Shown here piece by piece: positions 1 through 9,430 of a stretch of 47,064 bases of DNA (position 1 is the first letter of the stretch; the number at the start of each line of letters is the position of its first letter). A program made the position numbers and the translations under genes. Origin of the DNA: a virus. Lineage: Duplodnaviria > Caudoviricetes. Below the pieces are notes generated by a model that saw nothing but the letters and a program-made list of their open reading frames with translations, did not search any database and had not been told where the DNA came from. The DNA is taken from IMG/VR virus record IMGVR_UViG_3300030333_006085, positions 1 through 47,064 of that record; one strand, written 5' to 3'.

Positions 1-624
1 GACCTTTACAACCAAAGCGTTGCAGGCGGTGTAACTGTTGACGGTGCGAGTGCCCAAACAGCAGGTATCTATGACCTTCTACACGACTCAGATGGTCGTT
101 GGAGTGCTGAGAAGTTCCGTGGACTTATGTTCCAAATCGAACGCGAAGCAAACCAAATCGCTAAGGACACTCGTCGAGGTAAGGGTAACATCGTCATCTG
201 TTCCTCAGATGTCGCTTCCGCTCTTTCAATGAGTGGTATCCTTAACCACGACCCTGCCTTCGGTAACCTCACTGTTGATGACACTGGCAACACATTCGTT
301 GGTGTTCTAAACGGTAAGACAAAGGTTTATGTTGACCCATATGCGAGCGCCAACTACATCTGTGTAGGATATCGTGGTGAAAGCCAGTATGATGCTGGTC
401 TCTTCTACTGCCCATATGTCCCACTACAAATGGTACGCGCCGTTGATAGTACTACATTCCAGCCCAAGATTGGTTTCAAGACACGCTACGGTATTGTCGA
501 GAACCCATTCGCCCGTGGCTTGAGCGATGCTGTTGACAACATCGGTGCCCGTAGAAGCAACACTTACTACAGAATCTTCCGCATCGATAACCTACACGGT
601 ATCAATGCCGTAACTGGTGCTTGA
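1..624 (+). CDS. gp23: Major capsid protein, C-terminal part (5'-truncated by the window)
   Basis: Frame 1 is open from base 1 (DLYNQSVAGGVTVDG...DSDGRWSAEKFRGLMFQIEREAN). Contains T4 gp23 motifs TRRGKGN, YDAGLFYCPYVPLQM and FQPKIGFKTRYG. Confidence 0.97.
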   Translation, partial: DLYNQSVAGGVTVDGASAQTAGIYDLLHDSDGRWSAEKFRGLMFQIEREANQIAKDTRRGKGNIVICSSDVASALSMSGILNHDPAFGNLTVDDTGNTFVGVLNGKTKVYVDPYASANYICVGYRGESQYDAGLFYCPYVPLQMVRAVDSTTFQPKIGFKTRYGIVENPFARGLSDAVDNIGARRSNTYYRIFRIDNLHGINAVTGA

Positions 625-656
625 TAAAGATTAGTAGTAACTAATTCGAATTGAAT

Positions 657-691
657 AAGGGGAGTCCTTTCGGGGACTCCCCTTTTCTTTT
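657..691 (+). terminator. Rho-independent terminator after gp23
   Basis: AAGGGGAGTCCT-TTCG-GGGACTCCCCTT hairpin (UUCG loop) followed by a T-rich tract. Confidence 0.93.
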
Positions 692-698
692 ATACATA
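691..698 (+). promoter_or_regulatory. Putative gp55-dependent late promoter variant (TATACATA)
   Basis: One mismatch to T4 TATAAATA; sits between the terminator and the AGGAG RBS of gp3. Confidence 0.55.
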
Positions 699-715
699 CT
701 ATAGGAGAAATTATT

Positions 716-1345
716 ATGGCAGAAAACAGAAGTAAGTCAAGAGATGCGTGGCACGAATCCTTTAGGGGAACAATCGGTAGTGCTATGGTTAATTCACCAA
801 CTGGTCCTACAGGTGGTGAATTATTTGGTTATGATGGATTGACACAAGATTATTTAGGCAGACAACCAAGTAATCTAAATCCTCTACTTCCAACATACTT
901 TCAATTTTCAATGAAGAGATGTCCTACAGTTACATACTTTTGTCAAAGTGCAAACCTGCCAGGATTAAATATTGATACAATTCCACAACCAACAAGGTTC
1001 GTTGATATTCCACACGCGCCAGGTGTTCCAGATTTTGAAGATTTGACTATTAACTTTGTAGTGGACGAAACACTAAAAAACTGGCTTGAAATATACCGAT
1101 GGATGAGAGCAACAACTACATCAAAAGATGGAACAGAAATCACAGATACCGATGAGCATTATACAGATGCCACATTAACTATATTGAATAGTGCAATGGT
1201 GCCTAGAATTAGAGTGGCATTTGAAAATATGTTCCCCACCTCTCTTTCTTCTTTAGAGTTTGATAGTACTACTACTGCACCAGAAGCCTTAATAGGAACT
1301 GCCACCTTTACTTATACCACATATGAAATAACAGAATTATCTTGA
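716..1345 (+). CDS. gp3: Tail tube terminator / tail completion protein (T4 gp3-like) with an N-terminal extension
   Basis: Motifs NPLLPTYFQF, YFCQSANLPG, FVVDETLKNWLEIYRW, DATLTILNS and FPTSLSSLEFD; canonical gp23-gp3-uvsY-uvsW synteny. Confidence 0.88.
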   Translation: MAENRSKSRDAWHESFRGTIGSAMVNSPTGPTGGELFGYDGLTQDYLGRQPSNLNPLLPTYFQFSMKRCPTVTYFCQSANLPGLNIDTIPQPTRFVDIPHAPGVPDFEDLTINFVVDETLKNWLEIYRWMRATTTSKDGTEITDTDEHYTDATLTILNSAMVPRIRVAFENMFPTSLSSLEFDSTTTAPEALIGTATFTYTTYEITELS

Positions 1346-1370
1346 CCAAAAGGAGTTTTGACTGTATACT
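1342..1370 (+). promoter_or_regulatory. Sigma70-type promoter upstream of uvsY
   Basis: TTGACC-N17-TATACT. Confidence 0.65.
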
Positions 1371-1394
1371 TAAAGATAATTTTGGAGTGTTTAT

Positions 1395-1829
1395 ATGCGT
1401 TTTGACGATATTAGAAAAATGGTAGAGAAGGATATGGTCATTGATGATAGTGAACTTGACCTAGAATCTCTAAAAATACCACAACTACACAACAAGTACT
1501 TAAACCTTTTCCACGATGAAAGAATCCTTCTAAGGAAACTAGAAGTGGAAAGGAGAGAACTTATCCGTGATAAGTGGGAGTTCTATTCTGGCAAAATGAG
1601 CGAGGAAGAACTTACTAGAAGAGGATGGGAGCCTTTTCAATTAAAGGTACTCAAACAAGATTTGGATATGTATATCCAGTCAGACTCAGATGTAACTAAA
1701 ATAGATGATAGAATCACCTTACAAAAAGAAAAGGTAGATTATCTTGCATCTATTGTCAAAAGTATTTCTGGTAGGGGATGGGAAATTAAAAACGCAATTG
1801 AGTGGAGGAGATTCACTAGTGGCGTATGA
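1395..1829 (+). CDS. uvsY: Recombination mediator UvsY
   Basis: IDDSELDLESLKIPQLHNKYL ... KWEFYSGK ... IKNAIEWRRF; synteny. Confidence 0.93.
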   Translation: MRFDDIRKMVEKDMVIDDSELDLESLKIPQLHNKYLNLFHDERILLRKLEVERRELIRDKWEFYSGKMSEEELTRRGWEPFQLKVLKQDLDMYIQSDSDVTKIDDRITLQKEKVDYLASIVKSISGRGWEIKNAIEWRRFTSGV

Positions 1830-2325
1830 TATTCAAAATGACCCTATGCACGGAGTTTATTTTAGACAAGCATATACTTATGCTATGAATAACTCTAAAG
1901 ACCCATCTACTCAAAATGTTGCACTTCTTACAGATGGTGGTACTGGTATTATTACAATGGAATGTAATAACATACCCGATAAGGTAAATGGAAGTTGGGA
2001 AAGACCAGATAAGTATCATTATGTAGAACACGCAGAAAGAAATGTTCTATACAAAGCCGCTAAACTAGGAATATCAACACAAGGATTAACAATGTATTGT
2101 CCTTGGTATTCTTGTTCTGATTGTGCGAGAGCAATTATTCAATGCGGAATAAAAAGAGTAATAGGACATAAAGAATACTTTGACAGAACACCAGATAGAT
2201 GGAAAGAATCCTGCGGTATTGGTATAAAGATGATGCAAGAAGCAGGAATAGAATGTTTAATATGGTCAGGAATTGTTGGTGGTAGAGTAACCATTCTTGT
2301 AGATGGTAAAGAATTTTCACCATAA
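1819..2325 (+). CDS. cd: dCMP deaminase (start reassigned to GTG 1819 behind GGAGG)
   Basis: SKDPSTQ, HAERN Zn/catalytic motif, SCSDCARAIIQCGIKRV. Confidence 0.85.
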   Translation: MAYDIQNDPMHGVYFRQAYTYAMNNSKDPSTQNVALLTDGGTGIITMECNNIPDKVNGSWERPDKYHYVEHAERNVLYKAAKLGISTQGLTMYCPWYSCSDCARAIIQCGIKRVIGHKEYFDRTPDRWKESCGIGIKMMQEAGIECLIWSGIVGGRVTILVDGKEFSP

Positions 2326-2328
2326 ATA
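2321..2328 (+). promoter_or_regulatory. Putative late promoter (CATAAATA) upstream of uvsW
   Basis: One mismatch to TATAAATA, immediately 5' of the uvsW ATG. Confidence 0.55.
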
Positions 2329-2333
2329 ATACG

Positions 2334-3854
2334 ATGAGTGATTTAAATATATCATATAAAGACTCTGTTCATATATCGGTAGACTGCGATAGAGGTATTG
2401 CACAAGAACTTTCGGAATATTTTACCTTTAAAGTTCCCGGCTATCAATTTATGCCTGCATATAGAAATAAAATGTGGGATGGAAGTATTAAACTATACAA
2501 CATATACAAGCAAGAGTTATATGCAGGTCTAGACCAGTATGTTAAGTTGTTTGCTGAAGAAAGAGGATATAAAGTCCAATATGGCAAACCTCTTGTAGAT
2601 AGCAATAATATTTCATTTGAAGAAACAGAAAAATTCATAAATGATAGACTACAACCAACATTCAAAGATGAATTACTAAAAGCATATGAACACCAAATAA
2701 ATGCAGTACAGCACGGAATCAATAATAATAGATGTCTTCTTTTATCTCCTACCGCCTCTGGTAAGAGTTTAATCATATATTCAATGATTAGACATTATAT
2801 GAATGTCCTACCAAAAGATAAGAAGATTTTGGTGGTTGTTCCTACTGTGTCCCTCGTAACACAAATGTATGAGGACTTTAAAGAGTACTCAAAGGCGGAT
2901 AATACCTTTGATGTAATGAAAGAATGTCACGGAGTTTTTGCGGGACAAGAAAAAATAAACGATAGTAAAATTATCATCTCTACTTGGCAAAGCATTTATA
3001 AGTGCAATCAGAAATACTTTGATAACTTTGGTGCTGTATTTGGTGATGAATGCCATTTATTTAAATCAAAATCACTTACCAGTATTATGTCTAAATTGAA
3101 GAACTGTCCCTATAGAATAGGAACTACTGGTACTCTTGATGGCACACAAACTCATAAATTAGTTATTGAAGGTTTGTTCGGTCCAGTATATAATGTCATT
3201 AAGACAAATCAGTTAATGGAAAGAGATTTGCTTGCACAACTTTCAATTGACTGCATATTATTAAAGTATCCAGAAAAGACAAGAAAAGAACTTAAAAGAA
3301 CCAAATACTTTAATGAATTAGAATATCTGGTAACAAATGAAACCAGAAATAAGTTTATTTCTAATATGGCAAAAAATCTAAAAGGAAATACATTGGTTCT
3401 ATTTCAACTAGTGGAGAAGCACGGAAAGCATCTTCATAAATTAATTTCTGATATGTGTAAAGACCATAAAGTATTCTTTGTCTATGGAGGAACGGACTCG
3501 GAAGACAGAGAAGAGGTAAGAAAATTGACTGAAGAAAATGACAATGCAATAATAGTAGCCTCATATGGTACATTCTCTACGGGTATTTCTATCCGTAGAT
3601 TGCATAATATTATCTTTGCTTCCCCTTCTAAGTCTAGAATTAGGGTTCTTCAGTCAATTGGTAGACAGTTGAGAAAGTCTAAATATAAGGACAAAGCAAA
3701 GTTGTATGATATTGGTGATGATTTGACTTGGAAAAGTTGGACAAATCACACGCTAAAGCATTTCGTGGAAAGAATGAAAATATATAACAAAGAGCGATTT
3801 AACTATAGGACGATAAAGATTAATCTAGGGGAGGGAGATGCGAATGGGAGATAG
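2334..3854 (+). CDS. uvsW: SF2 DNA/RNA helicase UvsW
   Basis: SPTASGKS, DECH, GTTGT, SYGTFSTGISI, LQSIGRQLR. Confidence 0.97.
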   Translation: MSDLNISYKDSVHISVDCDRGIAQELSEYFTFKVPGYQFMPAYRNKMWDGSIKLYNIYKQELYAGLDQYVKLFAEERGYKVQYGKPLVDSNNISFEETEKFINDRLQPTFKDELLKAYEHQINAVQHGINNNRCLLLSPTASGKSLIIYSMIRHYMNVLPKDKKILVVVPTVSLVTQMYEDFKEYSKADNTFDVMKECHGVFAGQEKINDSKIIISTWQSIYKCNQKYFDNFGAVFGDECHLFKSKSLTSIMSKLKNCPYRIGTTGTLDGTQTHKLVIEGLFGPVYNVIKTNQLMERDLLAQLSIDCILLKYPEKTRKELKRTKYFNELEYLVTNETRNKFISNMAKNLKGNTLVLFQLVEKHGKHLHKLISDMCKDHKVFFVYGGTDSEDREEVRKLTEENDNAIIVASYGTFSTGISIRRLHNIIFASPSKSRIRVLQSIGRQLRKSKYKDKAKLYDIGDDLTWKSWTNHTLKHFVERMKIYNKERFNYRTIKINLGEGDANGR

Positions 3855-4497
3855 ATATAGGAATTACAAACTTTCTTCTGGAGAAGAAATTATTGGGAAA
3901 ATAGTTGGTAACAACGAACTTGAAGTTACTCTACATAGACCTATGATGATTCGTAACATAGCAATCCAAGACCCATATACAGGAGAAGCCAAAGAAGTTA
4001 TGGTTATGCGTCCTTGGTCTAACCTTTCTAATGATTTAGATTGCCATATACCCAAATGTCATATAATATTAGAATCTTCCCCCACCAGTGATTTGGTGAA
4101 ATTTTATTTAATGAAATTAGAAAGAGAAGATGTTGTGAATGACCTGTATAATGAAATGCAAAGTGACCCTGAGCAGTTAGAACAATATATCAAAACTACC
4201 ATCGAACGAGACTTGGGGAATTATGGCAATGATGATGAACAAGAGGAAGAATCTGCTCCACCACCAATAGAAGAAATTAGGGACGAGGAAAAGGTTCAAA
4301 TGAACTTTCAAATCCCACCTGCAATGTTTCTTGCATTTTTATTGAATGGCATTGTAAGCATCAATGAAGATAATGAAATGGATTTTGATATTGAGGAGTT
4401 TATGAATTTGAAGGACAAGGAAAGAAAACCTCGTCCTAGAAAAAAGAAAAGAAAGAATATCGAAGATTACTTCGAAGATTGGAATCCAGAACCTTAA
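3838..4497 (+). CDS. Conserved T4-like hypothetical protein (Sm-like N-terminus, acidic C-terminus)
   Basis: KLSSGEEIIG...LHRPM...MRPW pattern resembles the ORF usually found between uvsW and gp55 in marine T4-like phages. Confidence 0.65.
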   Translation: MRMGDRYRNYKLSSGEEIIGKIVGNNELEVTLHRPMMIRNIAIQDPYTGEAKEVMVMRPWSNLSNDLDCHIPKCHIILESSPTSDLVKFYLMKLEREDVVNDLYNEMQSDPEQLEQYIKTTIERDLGNYGNDDEQEEESAPPPIEEIRDEEKVQMNFQIPPAMFLAFLLNGIVSINEDNEMDFDIEEFMNLKDKERKPRPRKKKRKNIEDYFEDWNPEP

Positions 4498-4515
4498 AGT
4501 ATATAAAGACTTTTA

Positions 4516-4564
4516 TTGACACCCCCAACACAGATAAGGTACGATAAAAATTTTATAATGTCAA
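4516..4564. promoter_or_regulatory. Candidate bidirectional sigma70-type promoter upstream of gp55
   Basis: Plus strand: TTGACA(4516)-N18-TACGAT(4540). Minus strand: TTGACA(4564-4559)-N17-TACCTT(4541-4536). The two -10 elements overlap. Confidence 0.45.
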
Positions 4565-4582
4565 GGAGAAAGTTGTGAGAAT

Positions 4583-5161
4583 ATGACAAAAAAATCAAAC
4601 CACTATGTAGATAATAATAAATTCTTTGAAGAGATGTGTAAGTGGAAAAAGTTAGTTGATGAAGCAGAAGCGATTGGCGAACCCAAACCACCAATAACAG
4701 AATACATCGGTAGTTGTTTTGTTGAAATAGCAGAACGATTATCTCATAGGCCTAATTTTATTAATTATGAGTATAGAGAAGAAATGATTGGAGATGGAAT
4801 TGAAAACTGCCTAATGTATGCACATAATTTTAATCCAGAAAAATCAAAAAATCCATTTTCATATTTTACTCAAATAATATATTATGCATTCTTAAGAAGA
4901 ATACAAAAAGAAAAGAAGCAGATGTATATCAAGTATAAGATGATAGAAGAACTTGATAAGGAACACCATTTCCCACGATGGGTTGACGAAACGCAAGGAA
5001 TGGATGTTTCCGAATCGAAGAATGCCGCGGCGGATTATTATAAATTGACTGATACTGATATTGATAACTTTACGCCAAAGAAAGAGAAAGAAAGAAAAGC
5101 GAAAGCGGCAAAAGAAAAAGAAAACAAAGGTCTAACCTTAGATAAATTTTTTGAGGAATAA
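4583..5161 (+). CDS. gp55: Late-transcription sigma factor
   Basis: HYVDNNKF, LSHRPNFINY.YREEMIGDGIENCL, NPFSYFTQIIYYAFLRRIQKEKKQ. Confidence 0.97.
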   Translation: MTKKSNHYVDNNKFFEEMCKWKKLVDEAEAIGEPKPPITEYIGSCFVEIAERLSHRPNFINYEYREEMIGDGIENCLMYAHNFNPEKSKNPFSYFTQIIYYAFLRRIQKEKKQMYIKYKMIEELDKEHHFPRWVDETQGMDVSESKNAAADYYKLTDTDIDNFTPKKEKERKAKAAKEKENKGLTLDKFFEE

Positions 5162-5164
5162 TTA

Positions 5165-6208
5165 GTGAAGATTGCCATTATAAACGATACCCACTTCGGA
5201 GCGAGAGGGGATTCGCAGTTATTTTTTAACTACTTTATGAAGTTTTTTGATGATGTGTTTTTCCCTTATTTAAAAGAGAACAATATTAAGACGGTTATCC
5301 ATGCAGGAGATTTAATGGATAGGCGGAAGTTTGTTAATTTTAGTATTCTAAATCAAGTTAGAAATAAATTTATTCAAAGACTAAAAGATGAAAACATAGA
5401 GTTTCATTGTATTCTTGGTAACCACGATGTTTATTATAGAAACACAAATGAAGTAAATTCTGTACGAGAATTATTTGGTACTGACATTCATTTATATGAA
5501 AGACCGAAAGTAATAGACATTAACGGCTTAAACATTGCTCTTCTTCCTTGGGTTAATAAAGAAAATCACGACGAGTGTGTAGATTTTATTAAGACAGCAG
5601 CCGCACCCATTTTAATTGGACACTTGGAACTAGAAGGTTATGAAGTGATGAGGGGTGTTGGTTTTCAAGGTGGTATGGATGCAAAACTCTTTGATAGGTA
5701 TGAGCGGGTATTGTCTGGTCACTTTCATTGTCGCCAAGAAAAAGATAATATCTACTATCTTGGAACACAGTATCAAATTACATTTGCTGACTTGGCAGAA
5801 ACTAAAGGTTTTCATATCTTAGACACAGAAACCCGTGAACTTGATTTTGTTGAAAATCCACACAAGATGTTCCACACACTCAGGTATAATGATGAAGATG
5901 GACCTCCAGACACAGAAAAGACATATCCACACCTAAACGGCTCATATGTAAAGTTGTATGTTGAGTCAAAGAAACATCCATATAGTTTTGATAGGTTTAT
6001 GGATAAACTATATGAATCTGGCGTTGCTAAAATAACAATTGTAGAAGAGATTATAGATTCTGAATGGACAAAAGAAGAAATAGTTGACTTAGCACAAGAT
6101 ACTGTTACACTAATAAATAATGAGATTGATTCCATAGATGAAGTGGAAGATAAGGCTCGTATGAAGAAATTGATTAAAGACCTTTATATGGAGAGTTTGT
6201 CCCTGTGA
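5165..6208 (+). CDS. gp47: Recombination endonuclease subunit (Mre11-like)
   Basis: DTHFGAR, GDLMDRRK, GNHD and SGHFH metallophosphoesterase motifs. Confidence 0.96.
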   Translation: MKIAIINDTHFGARGDSQLFFNYFMKFFDDVFFPYLKENNIKTVIHAGDLMDRRKFVNFSILNQVRNKFIQRLKDENIEFHCILGNHDVYYRNTNEVNSVRELFGTDIHLYERPKVIDINGLNIALLPWVNKENHDECVDFIKTAAAPILIGHLELEGYEVMRGVGFQGGMDAKLFDRYERVLSGHFHCRQEKDNIYYLGTQYQITFADLAETKGFHILDTETRELDFVENPHKMFHTLRYNDEDGPPDTEKTYPHLNGSYVKLYVESKKHPYSFDRFMDKLYESGVAKITIVEEIIDSEWTKEEIVDLAQDTVTLINNEIDSIDEVEDKARMKKLIKDLYMESLSL

Positions 6209-6756
6209 ATATTTTTGTTTTGGATGAAAATCCACAAGTCGCCGCACAAATGATGTGTGATAAGCATGTGGTAAAAATGATTGTTGAGTCTGCTCAGATG
6301 TTGTCCACTGCACATCGTGTTCTTGATGGTGAACAGTATATTGAATTGTCTGCAAATAATCGTCGCATCAAAAGATGGAAGTCTCCATATACATTGATGG
6401 AAGATATCCTATACAAAGCATCTTTTGTTGGTCACCCCTGCACCCAGTGGGTGATGGAAAACGATAAAAATTATTTTTGGTTAGCAGAACACGGATATGA
6501 ATTGTGCAGAGAATATAGTCGAAGATACAAGAAGGTTCACAAGACAGATGATATGATATCTTTGATTCGTTTTCGTAAACCAGTAAACATTCCAATTGCA
6601 GATGAAATGACACCATTTGCACAAGCAATGCCAGAAGAGTATAAGAACACAAATGCAGTAGAGGCATATCGTGCATACTATCTTGGGGAGAAGACAGGAT
6701 TTGCAGAATGGAAATATTCAGAAAAACCCTTATGGTATGAGGAGGCGTTAGTTTGA
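6205..6756 (+). CDS. Pyrimidine-dimer DNA glycosylase (DenV-like) family protein
   Basis: MNIFVLD.NP..AAQ..CDKHVVKM..ESAQMLSTAH, HPCTQW, F.QAMP, AYRAYY. Confidence 0.75.
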   Translation: MNIFVLDENPQVAAQMMCDKHVVKMIVESAQMLSTAHRVLDGEQYIELSANNRRIKRWKSPYTLMEDILYKASFVGHPCTQWVMENDKNYFWLAEHGYELCREYSRRYKKVHKTDDMISLIRFRKPVNIPIADEMTPFAQAMPEEYKNTNAVEAYRAYYLGEKTGFAEWKYSEKPLWYEEALV

Positions 6757-8465
6757 TAATATTCCAAACATTGAGTTGGAAGAATTTTCTTTCAACTGGA
6801 AATTACAAGACAACCGTTGACTTTACACGACACGACAACAGTCTCATCTCTGGTGAGAATGGTGCAGGTAAGTCAACGATGCTTGATGCTTTGACATTTG
6901 CTTTGTTTGGAAAATCTTTTCGTGGTATTAAACTAACTCAACTTCCAAACTCAATCAACGAAAAAGATTGCGAAGTACAAATAACTTTTGATATCGGAAG
7001 TGATTCGTACAAAGTTATTCGTGGTATTAAACCAAAGAAGTTTGAAATCTACAAAAACGATGAATTGTTAGACCAAGACGCAAAGTCAAGGGACTATCAG
7101 AGAATACTTGAAGAACAAATACTCAAGATGTCTTATAAGTCTTTCTGTCAGGTTGTAATTCTTGGTTCATCAAACTATGTTCCCTTTATGCAATTGAGTG
7201 CTTCCGATAGGAGACTTGTTGTTGAAAATCTATTGGACATTGATGTATTTTCTGTAATGAATACACTTGTTCGTGCAAGACTTCAAATGACAAAAGAATA
7301 TGTAAAGGATATTGATACCAAGATTGAAATTGCAAAGAGTAAAGTTGATGAGAAACAAAAACTAATCAATACCCTTAAAAAGAAATCAAGTGATTCTGTA
7401 GAAAAATATGAAACAGAAATAGAAGAATCAGAAAATCAAATTAAAGAAATACAAGAAGAAGTGAATCAACAACAGAAGGTAGTTGATGATTTATTGGAAC
7501 AAATTAAAGATTCTGATAGTGTACCCAAGACATTAATTAGAATGGAATCAGAATTCAAACAACTACAAAGTGAAATTAAAAATATAGAGAAGACAGTAAA
7601 GTTTTATGAAGAAAACGATACTTGTCCTTCCTGTAAACAAGACATTCAGGAACATCACAAGAAGTCTGTTTTTGAAGAAAACGAAAAAGAACACAAAAAG
7701 ATTTCAAGTGATGCGGAATCTATAGCAGAAAATATTGAAGCAGTAGAAAAGAGATTAGGTGACATTAATGCCATATTAGATAGTATTCATAATTTCGAAA
7801 GGCAGATTGCAGGTAAGCAAAACCAAATTAGTGCCTCTAATCAATACATTAGTAAAATGAGAAAAAATATTGAATCTGTTCTTAATGAAGGTACGGAAGT
7901 AGAAGAAACAAAAGACGAACTGAATCAAATAATTGGTGAAGGTAAACAGTATGTCGAAAGAAGAAAAGAACTCATTGAAGATAAGCATTATCTTAGCATT
8001 GCTTCTACTCTTCTAAAGGATAGTGGAATCAAAGCAAAGATTATTAAACAATACTTACCAATTATGAATAAGTTAATCAATAAGTATCTTGCGGATATGG
8101 ATTTCTTTTGCCAGTTTAATCTTGATGAAAACTTTAGCGAGACAATCAAAAGTCGCCATCGTGATGAGTTTACCTATCACAGTTTCAGTGAAGGTGAACG
8201 GTTGCGTATCGACCTATCTTTGCTTCTTGCTTGGCGTGAAATTGCAAGACTGAAGAACAGTGTAAATTGTAACCTATTGATTCTCGATGAAGTATTTGAT
8301 TCAAGTCTAGATGCAGTTGGCACTGAAGAGTTCTTAAAACTCTTGACAACTTTTGGAAGTCGTGCTAATATATTCGTTATTAGTCATAAATCTGATTCAA
8401 TGACCGACAAATTCCAAAACCATATAATATTTGAAAAGAAGAATAACTTTAGTAGGATAAAATAA
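6753..8465 (+). CDS. gp46: Recombination endonuclease ATPase subunit (Rad50/SMC-like)
   Basis: Walker A GENGAGKST, coiled coil with CPSC zinc hook, FSEGE signature, LILDEVFD. Confidence 0.97.
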   Translation: MIIFQTLSWKNFLSTGNYKTTVDFTRHDNSLISGENGAGKSTMLDALTFALFGKSFRGIKLTQLPNSINEKDCEVQITFDIGSDSYKVIRGIKPKKFEIYKNDELLDQDAKSRDYQRILEEQILKMSYKSFCQVVILGSSNYVPFMQLSASDRRLVVENLLDIDVFSVMNTLVRARLQMTKEYVKDIDTKIEIAKSKVDEKQKLINTLKKKSSDSVEKYETEIEESENQIKEIQEEVNQQQKVVDDLLEQIKDSDSVPKTLIRMESEFKQLQSEIKNIEKTVKFYEENDTCPSCKQDIQEHHKKSVFEENEKEHKKISSDAESIAENIEAVEKRLGDINAILDSIHNFERQIAGKQNQISASNQYISKMRKNIESVLNEGTEVEETKDELNQIIGEGKQYVERRKELIEDKHYLSIASTLLKDSGIKAKIIKQYLPIMNKLINKYLADMDFFCQFNLDENFSETIKSRHRDEFTYHSFSEGERLRIDLSLLLAWREIARLKNSVNCNLLILDEVFDSSLDAVGTEEFLKLLTTFGSRANIFVISHKSDSMTDKFQNHIIFEKKNNFSRIK

Positions 8466-8467
8466 TT

Positions 8468-9430
8468 ATGAAAAAAGCATTAATCACAGGAATCAGTGGA
8501 CAAGATGGTTCATATCTTGCAGAACTTCTGTTAGAAAAGGGATATGAGGTACACGGAATTCTTAAAAGAAATTCGGTTGCAGAAAACCAAACCACTCGAC
8601 TCGAAGGTATATTCAATCAGTTAAACTTGCATTACGGTGATTTAACAGATTTGGCCTCGCTTATTCATATTCTTAAGGATATAAATCCTGATGAGGTTTA
8701 TAATCTAGCCGCACAATCACATGTGAGAATTAGTTTTGATGTTCCTGTGTATACTGCTCAAGCAGATGCCATTGGTGTTCTTAATATGTTTGAAGCGTGT
8801 CGAATTGTCTGTCCAACAGCAAAAATTTATCAAGCATCCTCTTCTGAGATGTTTGGTAATAATATTGACGATGATGGGTTTCAACGGGAAACCACACCAA
8901 TGAGTCCAGTTAGTCCATATGGTTGTTCTAAAGTTTTTGGTTTCAATATTGGAAGAAATTACAGAAACTCATATGATATGTTCATTAGTAATGGAATCCT
9001 GTTCAACCACGAATCACCAAGAAGAGGTTCTAATTTCGTCACAGGTAAAATTGTTAAAGGTGCTTGGGAAATTAAAACAGGAAAGAAAACTGAATTAAAA
9101 TTGGGCAACTTAGAAGCAACAAGAGACTGGGGTCACGCTAAAGATTATGTCGAAGCAATGTGGATGATTCTACAGCACCACACACCAGATGATTTTGTAT
9201 GTGCTACAGGAATATCTCACACAGTAAGAGATTGTTGTGATTATGTTTTCACTAGACTTGGTATGGACTACAGAGACTATGTGACACTTGATAAGAAGTT
9301 TTTACGACCAGAAGAACTTCGAGACTTAAAAGGAGATTCCACGAAACTCAGAACAGAGTTGGGATGGGAGCCGAAATATAATTTCGAAACCCTTATGGAT
9401 GATATGATAGATGAATATGACAGAAACTAA
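8468..9430 (+). CDS. gmd: GDP-mannose 4,6-dehydratase
   Basis: ALITGISGQDGSYLAELLL.KGY, NLAAQSHVRISF, YQASSSEMFG, SPYGCSK, FNHESPRRG, RDWGHAKDYV. Confidence 0.96.
   Translation: MKKALITGISGQDGSYLAELLLEKGYEVHGILKRNSVAENQTTRLEGIFNQLNLHYGDLTDLASLIHILKDINPDEVYNLAAQSHVRISFDVPVYTAQADAIGVLNMFEACRIVCPTAKIYQASSSEMFGNNIDDDGFQRETTPMSPVSPYGCSKVFGFNIGRNYRNSYDMFISNGILFNHESPRRGSNFVTGKIVKGAWEIKTGKKTELKLGNLEATRDWGHAKDYVEAMWMILQHHTPDDFVCATGISHTVRDCCDYVFTRLGMDYRDYVTLDKKFLRPEELRDLKGDSTKLRTELGWEPKYNFETLMDDMIDEYDRN

Noticed and set aside
38-293. ORFs 38-232 (+) and 69-293 (-)
   Set aside because: They overlap the gp23 frame, which is open from base 1.
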